Origin: Amoebophrya sp. A120
Lineage: Eukaryota > Protista > Dinoflagellata
Reading direction: 5' to 3'
Assembly: GCA_905178155.1 (NCBI GenBank)
Contig: CAJINV010000012.1
Coordinates: 735,368 to 799,367, forward strand
Length of the DNA stretch: 64,000 nt
The notes under the pieces were generated by a model. The model saw only the letters and a program-made list of their open reading frames with translations. It was not told where the DNA came from and did not search any database. The position numbers were made by a program, and so were the translations under genes. This document shows positions 12,641 to 24,837 of the stretch, in pieces. The first letter of the stretch is position 1. Every line of letters begins with the position of its first letter.

Positions 12641-13065
12641 TTATTGAAGTCTAGGGGGGGAGATCTTTATTGAAGTTTAGGTACAGAAAAATTTCTCGAC
12701 TTCATTCCGGGTACTACTGTGGGGTGGGCAAGCAAAAGGAACTATCGTGCCATTGCAATCTGGTATGCATAGGAAAGCAACCATGCGCGTATGAAGAAAA
12801 AACAAAAAGCAAAAGCTAAACTGTATGGAAAAGCACTAGCCCATCCTCGCCGTTCTGCTGTACGTGCGTGCTTGGTGCGCTCTCGTGCAGCGAACAGTTG
12901 GCAAAAGAGAAGGTAAAAAGAAGTTGCAAAATGTAGCCACTTCTAAATGCACCTGACAGAACGACTTGTACTTGTAGGCTACAAGACCAAATTTAAAAAT
13001 GTGGATCAAGATCAACAAGTAGATGTTTTGCTATTTCGCGTTTTTTTTTATATGCGTTTTTCATC

Positions 13066-13400
13066 TCAACAACATGCCACCGTCGGCGGAGGCTCGAAGT
13101 CAAGATGCTCGATTATGGCATTCTCAACTGTTACATTCTCAACTGTTACATGGGTTTGTGATGCAAGAATTGCAAAAGTGAAAGGGGAGAGGTTGCACGT
13201 CTAGCATTACAAGTTTTGCACAGATTTAGGTGCTGTTTAGCCCTTCGCAAATTTGTCATGCGAAGCAGCTTTCCAGTGTGAATCTTGATGGTAGTTCTGC
13301 ATGACAAATTCATGGAACAGTTGAGAATGTAACAGTTGAGAGCGCCATATCGATGGGTCGCACTCTTCCCACGGTTTGCGAGGCAGGAAGGTATGCACTG
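13066..13400 (-). CDS. Probable terminal exon(s) ending ...HLDFEPPPTVACC*, possibly of TSP1-like gene A
   Basis: Removing element 13114-13349 +5 nt gives VRPIEHLDFEPPPTVACC*, resembling paralog ends ELDLD..VEP..LCC*. Confidence 0.55.
13114..13349. mobile_element. Introner, family E
   Basis: TIR TATGGC.TTCTCAACTGTTACATTCTCAACTGTT and its inverse; perfect TSD TCGAT. Confidence 0.9.
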
Positions 13401-14356
13401 CAAAAGCCACGTCGTCTCTGGTGCGGTCTTCGTGCCACAAATCATATGAAGATTTCATGCATCATCCTCGATATATGATGAGCATGTGATGCAACTACGT
13501 CTTCATCCCTATATACTGCTTCCTACTCACAACATAGGATCCCGCGGGATCAATGAGTTCGACATGTTGTATGATACTGCTGCACCTCCAATTATGCCGC
13601 GTCTTCTTTGATTTGATTTTGATGGATGCGAGAAGAAGAATGTCAAGTAAGATGAGCGTAATATATATTTTGTCAAACTAAAAAGGAGCATACGAAGCAG
13701 ACGAAGTAGGCCACAGAGAGGGCGGTGCTTTTGCAAAGCCTAGTAATAGTTTGCGGGAAATCCCACTCCCATGATTCCCAGTGGGAGCCGTCGCATCGTG
13801 GTCCACGCCGCAGATAATCTTGCCTGTTTTGGATTTTTAGACTCGTTCTACTTCTTCACAAGAGAGGACTCTGAAGACGAGCATCGTGTTTAATCTTTTT
13901 TCATCGACGTCGTGTGGTGTTTATTTCGCCAAAACAACTTGTTCTCCCCCGTGTTTAGGATAGAAGTACGTCATCTACAATTGCTGAGGAAACCAGTTGA
14001 GCAGTGAATGCTCTAGTACAACTACCGTGGTGCCTACCAACTACTATGAGGACTACCGCACCATGCTGTAGCAGTTGCGCGAGGACGGGCTCGGGCTATC
14101 GCTATGCATTGTGCCAGAAAAAATGAACTACTGGCAAAAACTCTCACAGCAAATACTTTCTGCACAATGACTAGCTTCCACAGAATCATAACTTTTGCGG
14201 CGCATAGTGCTAGCATTGTGTTGAGTAGGGCGGTCACGCTATGTAGTCTAGGTGGAGGAGCAGGAAATTAAGTCTGCTTATCAATGGCAACGCCTGGCTT
14301 TCGCTATGTTCTATGATCAATCTCATGGTATTGCTATGGCATAATATGCTTAATAT

Positions 14357-17300
14357 CTAAAAAGAAGTATTGTTGCAAATTAAATTTGCAATACCTTCAG
14401 TGTTGTTAGCATTCAGACACTCCTCGCCCCCGTTTGCAGCGGCCCGCTCTTGTACGTAAACTCGGGCCTTTTCCACCCCCTTTGTTCGTATCCAGTGCAA
14501 AAGTGTCGCAATAGTACGTAACACTAGGAAATGAAATTGCAATTGGCAAATTTTAATCAGAAGGACTAGTCTGTCATCTCTCATGCGGATTGTTCCGGTA
14601 ATGTAACACAACACGCGAGTGGTCATGCAGGATTTGGATTGCAGTTACAGTACGAGTGCGACTTCTTTGCGCCTGATAATATTCTCCCCGGCGCACAAAT
14701 CCGCCACGGTGACGTTCCAGTTCCCCTTGCAGTCCGTCGGACAAGTGACAATGAAAGAGCTGCCAATAGCGTTTTCTTTCTGTCCGTCTTCGAACGGACA
14801 CGGCTTAGCACCGTCACCGATGGCACGTTGCGATTGAACGTAGGTGCGTGAAAGAGTTTCCCCGTTGCCCGTGCAGGCGTTTGCCTTCAAATCCTGGAGG
14901 CTGTCATAGTCCCACTTCCCCACGCAATCCACTGGGCAATAAGCGAACACGCGCGTGTTGTTTTTTGCGGGCGGTCGCGTGGTGTTGTTTGCTGCTTGTT
15001 CGCCAAGCTGCAACCCCGCGTCGCAGGGCGTTCCGCCATGTTTGGCCTCCCGGGAGATCGTGTAGGTGCGGAAGACTTCTTTCTGCAAGCCCTCCGCGTT
15101 CTTGGGGGTGCCGTCGCATTCGTTCGCCAACAGAGCGGTGAGGTTTTGGTAGTCCCAGCTACCGATGCAGTTTGTGGGACAGGTGATGGGGTCCTGTGCT
15201 CCGTGTTCCGCCTCACACTGTTTCCCGGCGTCACCCTGCGCTTCCCGGGTGATTGTGTAGGTTCGCGTGCGCGTCCCGCCGTCGCCGGTGCACTCGGATA
15301 GCAAATCCTCTTCCGTCTTGTCCCAGGTCCCGAGGCAGTTGCGGGAGAGACAGACCTTCTCCATCGTGTCCCCATGTTCCCGTGCGCACTCCCTGCCGAG
15401 AGTGCCGTCGGATCCCGCTCGCGCTTCGCGCGTGACATGGTAGGTTTTAAACGGCACTTTCGCCTGCCAATTTTCGTCGAGGCTGCACTCTTTCTTGTCT
15501 GCGCTGTCCCTCCACTCTCCCAGGCAGTGAGTCGGGCAAACGAGAGACTCTTCCGCGTTGTCGGCCGCTGGACAGTCTCTTCCGTTACGCGCCTTCTGTC
15601 GATCGATTTTGTACGTGAGCTTCAGCGTCTCGCCGTCGCCGCGGCATATACCCGTTGCCACCCACCGCCCGATGCAGTCAGTCGGACAATGTGTCGTGTA
15701 TTCTTCTCCATCTTGGAAATTGTGCGGATCTTGACATTGAAGACTCATGCAATTTTTTCCCGGAGATATAGTTCCGCCTTTCTTGTCCTTATGGATGTGT
15801 CAGGGTTGAAATCGACAAAGTTGAAATAACTTGCAATGCAAAAAATGGACGAAAGTTGTAACCCAGTTTCCAAGTGGCGCATGACAAATTTGAGTAGAAC
15901 CGAAATCCAGCCCGTCATGCAGTTTGGGTAAGGAAGACGCCTTGTGTCATGCTACTTTAGCAGCTCAGCTTCTACCCCTCAACAGGCTTACAATCTGCCT
16001 CACTTGCCTACTCTGCAAGACAGGCACATTGGGGGCTGCATTTTATGCATGACAAACTATTTCAACTTTGACGATTTCAATTCTGACACCCCCATAGTCC
16101 TTGGTGATTCGGTACGTCCTTGTGGCAATCCTCCTTCCATCGTTTACGCACTGCTCCACAGAAGACATCGTTTACGCACTGCTCCATGGAGATCGGGCTG
16201 CCGCCCTTTGTGAATTCAAAATGTCCAATTTGTAATGCGGGGAAGCGTTCTATTTTGGGAATGTTAACATTTGGGCACGTTCCGGAGCCGAGATGTCCGA
16301 TCTTGCGCAAAAAAGATGGCAATTTTTGACCAAATTTGCCGGTCAATGTTAACATTTGCCCAAAATCCTGCACTTCTGCACGAGAGTCTGGACTTTGCCC
16401 GAAATGTTAACATTTGCCTGAAAATCTGCATTTTTGCACGGGAATCTGCGATTTTGCTCGAGCGCCAATTTTTGGCCAAAAATAAGCAATTCGGCAAAAT
16501 CGCAGAATCTCGTGCGAAAATGCAGATTTTCGGGCAAATGTTAACATTTCCCCACGGGTCCAGATTCCCGTGCGGAAATGCAGAATTTTGGGCACATGTT
16601 AACATTTGCAAAAAAAAATCGGCTATTTTGACTCAAAAGAACTGCCTTTTTTGTCTTTCGCTGGGATCAACGGCGAAAGGCAAAAGCTGGACCACCTCTG
16701 GCCCCGGTCTGCCCTAGAGTCAAGAAGAGCAGCTGAAGACTGGGCTGCGAAGGCAGCATGATGATGATGGTGCACTATAACAGGGAGGAAATACGGGCAC
16801 ACTGCTCCAACGCCTCTAGCAGGGCCATTCCAGCCGCCACCTTGGCCGCCTTGTTTTCCAGTCTTCCCGCACCTCTGGCCGCCACCTCGGCCACCTCGGC
16901 CGCCTTGTTTTCCTTCACGTCCGCCGCGCCGGCAGCCCTTAGCCTAGCTAGCTCTCAGCAATAGCATAGAAATCTAGCTAGTTGGCCGTGGGTTCTATTT
17001 GGAGTAGCTAAAGTAGTGCACTACTTGGCATGAAAAACTAAAAAAAAAATCACACGAAAATATGCGAAAAAGTTGACTAGTGAAAATGTTAATGTTAACA
17101 TTTTTTTTTTGGATATCCTCCTTCCATCGTTTACGCACTGCTCCACAGAAGGTAAATGCGATTCGGTTCTTTCCCACTTCCCCTCGCAATTTTGCGGACA
17201 TGTGAACAGCCTTTCTCTCCCCCTAACCCTTAGGCAATCGATGCCGCCCACGCATCGATTGCCTCGAAAGCAGTGTACGTAGTATGTTTGCGTCTCTTCG

Positions 17301-18388
17301 TATTCGGGGCCTTGGCTTGCGCACTTCGCTGCCACCTCCCGGGTTGACGGCTGCCAGTCCATCAAGTGCAAAAATGTCTGGGTCTGGAAATAAAGTGTAA
17401 TTAGACTTGTCATGCAGATTTTCCATGAGCCACGAGGTCTGGAATGCGGGACTTAGTATGACAGACTCTGCGAGGTGGTCTCTGCAATGCCTATCCTGCA
17501 TGAGAAACTCCCACCTTCCACCTTGGTCAGAAGTGGACAGCTTTTGGCACGGATGCAACACAGATTTTTGCATGCTTCAGATTTACGACGACAAGTTGCA
17601 ACCTTCCAGATCCAGACACTTTTGCAATTCATACAGTCACCGTGTAGGCAACCTTCCAAATGATCATCCCCGTAAGGTACGTAGACATACATGTTTTTCT
17701 GGACCAGAGATGACGCTCCTGACGGGGTCGCCACGTGAACGTCGCGGCCGCCGCGGGACGCTCTACTAATATCCTGTGCAAAAACTGTATTGCGCTCGTA
17801 GTAATTCGATTATTTCCATACTCTTCTCCAGGGAAAACGAAAAGCTGCATGCAACATGACAAATCGAAATCATAGATCTGATCGGTCTCTCTCATGATCT
17901 ACTCAGGTAGGTACTTAATGAATTACGACTACCAGCAAAAATCCAAATAATTTGAATTTCATCTGTAATTCATGATCGTGCTAAGCAAGGTCGTAAAATG
18001 CATATGCAATTCCAATTGATCATCGTCTTCATCATACACAATGCTCTTCTTGCACAGGATACGCTTTCTTCCCAGAAATCCAATCGCTCAGCCGCGGGCT
18101 TTTCCTCACGGTTTCGACTTCATTTGCTCTTTTCGCGGTGGCTTGACTTTGAAGATCATGATTTTTTACTTGACGAGGTTGTAGTTGTCTTCCTCGGGAC
18201 GGCCCGGTCTTGACCAGTCGAAGAGCGTTCGCGAAAAAATGCGAAGATTTGGAGAAATAATTCCTTTCCGGCGAGATCTCCCCGCTCATGAAAGCCGTTT
18301 CCAGGCATAGAAGAAAGGACACGGAATAAACGGTCCCACAGAAGTAGAGCGAGCTCATTTGAAAAAGATGTTGGAGTAGAGTACGCAT
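14357..18388 (-). CDS. TSP1/spondin-like Cys-repeat secreted protein A, split by 5 introner-type insertions
   Basis: Hydrophobic N-terminus (LYFCGTVYSVSFLLCLETA), repeats CPTDCIGRW etc.; in-frame joins GD|WQPS, TKD|KKGG and LCAGEN|..KGVEK. Confidence 0.8.
14489..14678. mobile_element. Introner, family C (diverged)
   Basis: TATCCAGTGCAAAAGTGTCGCA ... TGCGACTTCTTTGCGCCTGATA; TSD degenerate; frame restored by element+5. Confidence 0.75.
15790..16096. mobile_element. Introner, family B
   Basis: TIR TATGG.TGTGTCAG..TTGAAATCG.CAAAGTTGAAATA; perfect TSD GTCCT. Confidence 0.92.
16165..17115. mobile_element. Composite insertion: AATGTTAACATTT-repeat block plus right half of a family-D introner
   Basis: Flanked by a 37-bp direct repeat of exon sequence (16128-16164 / 17115-17151); ends GTTAACATTTTTTTTTTGGATA; palindromic AATGTTAACATT repeated in 16260-16610. 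Confidence 0.7.
17360..17633. mobile_element. Introner, family A
   Basis: TIR (c)ATCAAGTGCAAAAATGTCTGGGTCTGGAA; perfect TSD CAGTC. Confidence 0.92.
17770..18061. mobile_element. Introner, family C-like, now bounded by GT-AG (17766-18062)
   Basis: TIR TATCCTGTGCAA; sense strand reads GC|GTATCC...GGATATTAG|T, in frame. Confidence 0.75.
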
Positions 18389-19462
18389 TGTAAGGTAGGA
18401 ATTTTTTGATTTTGGAGTAGAGGGTCAGTTGTAGCAAGAACGGAAACACTTCCTAAATGTTTGTCAAGATAATGCTACCATTTTATCGCATATGGTCAGA
18501 AGTTGAAATGTCAGACGTAATTAAGTAATTATGCTGTGGATCGTGCTATGATCTCCATCCACCTGGAAAAAAGGATCAGATTTTGCATTTTGAAGATTCA
18601 GATTGTTGAATAAGACGAACGATAAGAAACCACACTTGCTGCCACGACCACGCGCTCTTTCATCAGATGCACGAAGAGTACGAGAAGATAAAGAAAAACG
18701 AAAAAGAAAGAACGACATCAGCAGGTCGTGTACGATAAAATAAGTCGGTGAACGGTAGAAGAAGTCCCTATTCTTACTTTTCTTCACCGCACGACGAGAC
18801 GAGGAGAAACAAAAAACTGCAATGACGAAGGCAATTTCGACGCCAGCTGAAATCATAAACACGTGCTCAACAGCGCACGAACGACGCATTGTGCACGATC
18901 GGAGAGGACATCGAGCACGACGGGCAGAGAAAAACATCAACATGTTCATCTTCCGAACGATTCATTTTCTTCCGTAAGAATAGATGAGAACACGAGCGCC
19001 ATGACCGCATCTGCTGCTGTTCAGCACACGTCGTTCAGACTTTTAAGTCGTCCTCGCCGATAAAAACCTAACTATAATTCGACCATGATGCTCATGTTGT
19101 TCAACTGCCTCCAGCCCGACAGGCTACTCAATCAACATGGGGATATTGGATGCGCGGCATCCGCTATAAAAAATGCTTTCGTTTTCTTGGGAAGATGCGC
19201 TAGAAAACGCTGCAGATGACTGTGAGGTAGAAGTAGAGAGACCAGAATACAGATTATCAAACTACCACTTCGCAGACAACAGAAGTCTTCAACGACGAGA
19301 AGAAGTTTTTTTTGTTCCATTGGAACAGCTCCAAATTGCTTATGTATGGTACAAAAGGCATGCAGAGTTGAGGACCAAGTCACATAGAATTAGAAGTACA
19401 ACTAAATTGATTGGCCTGCTCCTGGTGCTGAAAGGTAGAACTAAATCGAAACAAAAACAATT

Positions 19463-19505
19463 TCTATTTCATGTTCTAGTTTCCGAAACTAGAACATGAA
19501 ATAGA
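19463..19505. repeat. Perfect 21-bp inverted repeat with 1-nt spacer in a 3' flank
   Basis: TCTATTTCATGTTCTAGTTTC C GAAACTAGAACATGAAATAGA. Confidence 0.9.
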
Positions 19506-19559
19506 GCTACCACCGCTACGCACGACAACTTTTTGAGCTGCAGCTGTGTAAAAATCCCC

Positions 19560-22500
19560 TTAGCCCGCATGGTCCCACCACCAGTCGCTCGCGCGTGCAC
19601 CGTAGTCAGTGCACTTTCCCCACAAGGCGATGCTCCCCCATATGGATTGTAAAAGTGTCTGGGTCTGGAAGAATGCAAGATTTGTGATGCAGGTTTTCCA
19701 TGACCCATGAGGTCTGGAATGCGAGGCCCAGCATCACAGATTCTTGGGGGTCTCTATCATGCCTTTCCTGCATGAGAGACTCCCTCTCAACTTGTTCAAA
19801 AGCGGACAGCTTTTGGTACTCACGCAACACAGATTTTTGCATCATTCAGATTTAGCATGACAAGTTCTTCTAATCTTCCAGACCCAGACATTTTTACATT
19901 TCATACCCCAGTAGGTGCCGCAATTGTCCTCATTGCGCGGGGCCGACTGCCTCGCGCGGTTCTCGAGGTAAAAAGCCTCCACGGCATCGGACAATATCAC
20001 AGGAGAAAGTGCTAACGTTAACGGGTTTCACTTTCACAGATTGCAGTCATGCATCACAAATGTAGCCCAATACGCATGCTATGCATGACAAACTCTGACA
20101 CGTCTTGTGATGCATTTCTGCATCACAAATTCCGTTAACGTTAACACTTTTTCTTGTGATAGACAAGACCCAGTCCTCACGATAAGCCGTGTCCTATCGT
20201 GTGGAAAAACGTCCCCACCCGAAAATCAAGATGGGGATCTCGCAACACAAGTCCAGAAGATATTTCCTCGGGAGTCAGAGTCACGCGTGTTGACAAGTTC
20301 CTCTCATCTCTATTGTAGTCCAGTTTAGGTTCTTTAGCAAGCACTGCCGCGTCACAAAGCCGTCTCTACTTTATCCTGTTTACAGCGTATACAAATTCAT
20401 CCAAGGCACGATTGGAAATGCAAATGCCTCGTCGTCTTCTCATGGCGATGCGCATTAGAATTCTTCCTGTATTAAAACCTCCTGCAAATTATCTGCGTGA
20501 CCACTCTGGGCAGAGGGACGTCGTTTTTCCTCAGGATATTGCCTCTGCGGGCACGTAGGGAACGGGCAACGGCTCGCGAAGCGTTTGGATCGCCCTAGCG
20601 ACCTATGCAATACAAATTTCCCGTACATGTACAAGATGCATCACAAATTTCACCAATTTGAAGCGTAAAACTTGTCATGCTAGACTAGGATCGAAACAAA
20701 TTTTTGTCATGAAGAGACCGCATGGGTACGTGTGCGGGAAATTTACTGTGGATACGACCGGAAGAAAGAACACGACGTAGATTGCAAGCACCTCACACAC
20801 AAAGCTCACTTTCGGGAGGAAGAGCTCCAGTTTCTTCGCTCGCGGCACGAGGACCTCGCTCGACTCCACGGTGTCGGTATGGGGATCTGATGTCTTCTTC
20901 CCCCGCCGCCCCAGAAAAAACTGGGTCAGGCAGAAAAGAAAAGCGAAGACCCAACCCAGCAGCACCAATAGCACGCGGACCGCGAGGAGGGGCCGCCAGG
21001 TGTGCTGTGTGACCCAGCGGTCCTTGGCACAACGGTCGTGCTCCCGCTGAAAATCTCTGGCCCCCTCCGGATGCGCGAAGCCGTAGGGGTCTTGGCTCCA
21101 GTCACGGCTTGGTCCAGACACGTCGTGGTTGTCAGCATCTGCTTGCTGGTGCCCGGCGTCTTCATCTTTGGGCTTCACCCACTCCGTGCCCGTCGCGTTC
21201 CACCCAAAAAGGCCGAACGCGTAGGAAGGCTGCACCTGCTCGCCGGCGAAAAGCTGAATGGTTTCAAACAGCAAAAGCAAACCCATTCCAAAAATGGCTG
21301 CGAGCCCGTGAATGGTGCGGAGCCTCTTCGTATGGATTGCAAAAATGTCTGGGTCTGGAATGTTGCCGGATTTGTCATGCATATTTTGCATGACCCAGGA
21401 TGTCTGTAATGCACGACCTAGCATCACAGGTTTTTAGACGGCTTCCTGATGCCTACTCTGTATGACAAATGCCCTCTCCGCGTAGCACAAACTAGACTCC
21501 TCTTGCTGGTCATGCATTACAGATTTTTTTAGAGTTCAAAGTTAGCATCACAAGTTCCAACCTTCCAGACCCAGACATTTTTGCATTTGATACTTCGCGT
21601 AAAAGCGCGAGTGCATCCCCAGCAGGCGTTTCACCAGCTCGTGGCGTTGCGAGGCAGCATATCACAGCGCACAACTCCCCCTCCCCCTCATTTGTCATGC
21701 AAAATACCAAATTCACTCTTTGCCCCTTGGGATTGTTAGCGTCACAGATTCTCGCGGCCTAGACACCACTGCAACCCTGTGAAAATTCGTCATGCAAAAG
21801 CTGCACTCTTGCAGGCTCTTCCATTGCTGTTCATGCAATACAAATCAGGGGGAGGGGGAGTTGTGCACCCTCATACAGCACTCAGCTTCTTGTTGCGTCC
21901 AGGAGTCGTGGAGCCTGCACTGGCGGTCGACTGCTTGTTCATCTGGGCGAGTTTTTGTTGTTCTTTCTCCACTTCGACGTCCTGCTTAGTGGCAGGAGCT
22001 GCAACAGCACCAACAGCCGCACGTGAAACTACACCAGGCGTACTGTTCGTTTTGGTCATGGTCTTGTTCGGCTCCTCGTCCAAAAGCTCGAGGTCCCCTT
22101 CTTGATTTTCCCGGATCAGCATCATGTTACTGATGCGGTTTTGCTTTCTCAAGCTCACCATCATCTCCTCTTCAGTCATCCCGTCCTGGTCCTCTTCGGC
22201 CAAATGATCACCAGCTGCGTCGTCCATGAAAAAGCTCAAGGAAGGGACTGCCGCCGTCAGAATCAAAAGCCACGCGGGCACAACCAGAAACGCCTATGAA
22301 CTGCAAAAGTATCGCACTCGTAGTAATTCATTGCTGTTATGCATAATCTCTTTCCAAAGGTAAATCAGCATTACAAATGTCATGTGTAATGCTGAGCTTA
22401 TTTGTAATGCGATTTATACTAGTACGATAGTTTTGCAATGCATAACACCACACGCAACGCGATTTCGGGGAAGGATTGCGACGTAACCGAGTCCAGGTCC

Positions 22501-24340
22501 AAGTCATCCCGCTCCTCCGAGCGCCAGAAGCACCTATGCATTGCAAATATGTCTTGTTCTGAGAGTTGTCATGCACGTTTTGCATGAGCCATGATGTTTG
22601 TGATGCCTGCCCTAGCATCACAGATTTTTTGAGGCCTTCTTGTTCTTGATGCCTATCCCTATTCCGCATGAGAAATGCCCTCTCCGCGTATCAAAAATTG
22701 CATTCCCTTCACGTTCACTGCTTACCCACTACAGATCTTTTTGGAATCGGACACAGCATCAGAAGTTGCATTCTTCCAGACCCAGACTACACATTTGCAT
22801 TGGATAGCACCACGCCGTGTGCAAAGTGAACGTGTAGCGGGACAGCAGGAGAGCCATGGCGTACATAATCAGGAAGGAGGTCCAGAGCAGCCCCTCGGCC
22901 GAGCTTTGCACCTGGGCCAGCGAACTCAGGGTGCCCTGCCGCATGAAGCCCCAGGGCAAAAAGAAGCAGTCCTCCACCACGACCCCCTCCACCAGCCGGT
23001 CCCCGCCTTCCGTCCGCCGGATGGCGTCCAGATCCTCTTGCGTGGGAAACTTGCGCGGGCGAAAAATCATTTTCACGGGAAGGAGAGTTCCCACCACAAT
23101 GCCCACGTACCCCACGCACAGAAAGACCAACGCAAACGTAAAGTCTTCGCGGAGTCCGCCGAGCGTCATCGCCAGATGTTGCTGCGTGGTCATCTCATTC
23201 AACGCGCCCGCCTGCACGATGCGGCGGAGCTGCTCTTCTTCACTTGTTCTGCTTGTTGCCCCTGTAGTTGCACGACCTTCTGGTGCATCAGGGGCTACAA
23301 CAACTTCGAGGAGAGAAAAATCTTCCACCGCACGAGGACCTTGATGATGTCCAACATGATCCTCCAGCTGCTCTTTATCGTGTTTTTTGTGCTCTCTGAC
23401 CGCCTGTAGCTCTTGGTGCAGCTGTTCCACATTCTGCTCGTGCGACCTTTTCTATCACAGGAACAAAAGGTGTTAACGTTAACGGAATTTGTGATGCAGT
23501 AACGCATCACAAAACGTGCCCAAATTTGTCATGCATAGCATGCATACTAGGCAAAATCTGTCATGCATATCTGCAACCTATGAAAACCGTTAACGTTAAC
23601 ACTTTTTTGTTGGATATTTTCACCGCGGCCATCTCCCGTGCCATCTCCTCGACGGCGAGACGCAGGCGGTCAACCTGGTCGTCGTGGTCCAACTCGCGGA
23701 GGGTGGAGGTCGTCGTGTGTTGGTCGTGTCCTACTTCACCGGGGAAGGTGGAGCTTCTCGATGTAGCAGTTCGTGGGGCAAAAGAAATTTCTGCCAGAGA
23801 TATTTGCTCTTCATCAAGAACGCCGCTAGAAATTGTTGGGCCAGAATTTGTTGCGCCACTTGATGTTCTTGTAGAAGATGAACTTGTAGTAGCATGCTGT
23901 TTTCTCTCGTAGTTATTTTCATTCTTCATGCCCGGTGCTGCCCCCGCGCGGGTTGCCTGTAAATTGTGGCCTTGTAGTGGTCCCGCCGCGACCTGCAGCT
24001 CCATGATCTCCCCGGGAGGATGATCATAGTTGTGCTGCTGTAGTCCTCTACTTCCTTGGCCGCGGCGGGACTTCTCGTAGTTATTGAGCTTGTAGTTGCT
24101 CGAGGCGGCGCTCTGTCTCGTCGCAGCTGTCGCTGTGGCCGCAGCCGCACAGGCACATGATCCACCACCGTTTTGTTGAAAAATATTAAAGTTGACGCCG
24201 GCCAGGGCGATTATAGATGTGATGATGTTCTTTTTCACCAATCTCATCAGAGTAGACGCCGCCGCCGCGCTCTTCTTCGGCGAAACCAGGATGAACATGT
24301 CGGGCTTCGAACAGAAGCAGAATTGTTTTGCGACCTCCAC
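19560..24340 (-). CDS. Multipass membrane protein of unknown function; 10 exons separated by 9 introners
   Basis: All nine junctions translate in frame without stops after removing element+5 nt (VK|RSHE, AWC|FWRS, RVV|FLVV, SA|ASQR, YAK|RLRT, PV|ARAI, EA|TAYR, VL|SDAV, YW|GSIA...HAG*); several hydrophobic helices. Confidence 0.85.
19641..19905. mobile_element. Introner, family A
   Basis: GTCTGGGTCTGGAA TIRs; perfect TSD CCCCA. Confidence 0.93.
19995..20161. mobile_element. Introner, family D
   Basis: TIR TATCACA.GA.AAAGTG.TAACGTTAACG; perfect TSD GACAA. Confidence 0.92.
20195..20538. mobile_element. Introner, family J
   Basis: TATCGTGTGGAAAAACGTCCC ... GGGACGTCGTTTTTCCTCAGGATA; TSD TGTCC/TTGCC; frame restored. 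Confidence 0.8.
20604..20754. mobile_element. Introner, family F
   Basis: TATGCAATACAAATTTCCCGTAC ... CGGGAAATTTACTGTGGATA; perfect TSD CGACC. Confidence 0.93.
21331..21592. mobile_element. Introner, family A
   Basis: Family-A TIRs; perfect TSD CTTCG. Confidence 0.93.
21660..21875. mobile_element. Introner, family I
   Basis: TIR TAT..AG.GCACAACTCCCCCTCCCC; perfect TSD CAGCA. Confidence 0.92.
22295..22444. mobile_element. Introner, family C
   Basis: TATGAACTGCAAAAGTATCGCACTCGTA ... TACGATAGTTTTGCAATGCATA; TSD ACGCC/ACACC. Confidence 0.9.
22535..22806. mobile_element. Introner, family A (diverged)
   Basis: Family-A TIRs and interior; perfect TSD GCACC. Confidence 0.9.
23453..23616. mobile_element. 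Introner, family D
   Basis: GTGTTAACGTTAACGG TIRs; perfect TSD TTTTC; interior inverted relative to 19995. Confidence 0.92.
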
Positions 24341-24837
24341 GAGGAAATTTGCAAAAAAATACAGGTACTAGCCACAGGAAAGTCCTCTGTGTACTACTTC
24401 TTCAAAAAAATGATTACCAAACTATCGGAGTAGTAGTCGTGAAAAGGAAAAGTCGTTGTAACACGGCTCTAGGAACGAGCGATCCTAAAATGGGACTGGG
24501 AGGTAGACGTAAATGACGTACTGCGGGTACGAAAACGGAAATGAAATATACGAAGGCGGGCACCCGTTGTTAGGTAAGTCTGATATAAATTGACGAAATG
24601 GAAAAGTATTTCGGGTTTGTGGAGGACGTGCCGCTCGTAGTTGTAATTCAACAGACAAGTGTTAAAAACAACAGGAGTGCCACTTTTCCTGCAAGTAAGA
24701 GCACAGCAGCACGACAAGATTAATTTTGATTGGTACTGAACTGCAGGAGCATGTCGCGACATCACCCCAACCTCCTACGACAACGACAATGCGAAGAACT
24801 TTAACTTGCTTTAAATGGACGCACGAAGAGATGGACG

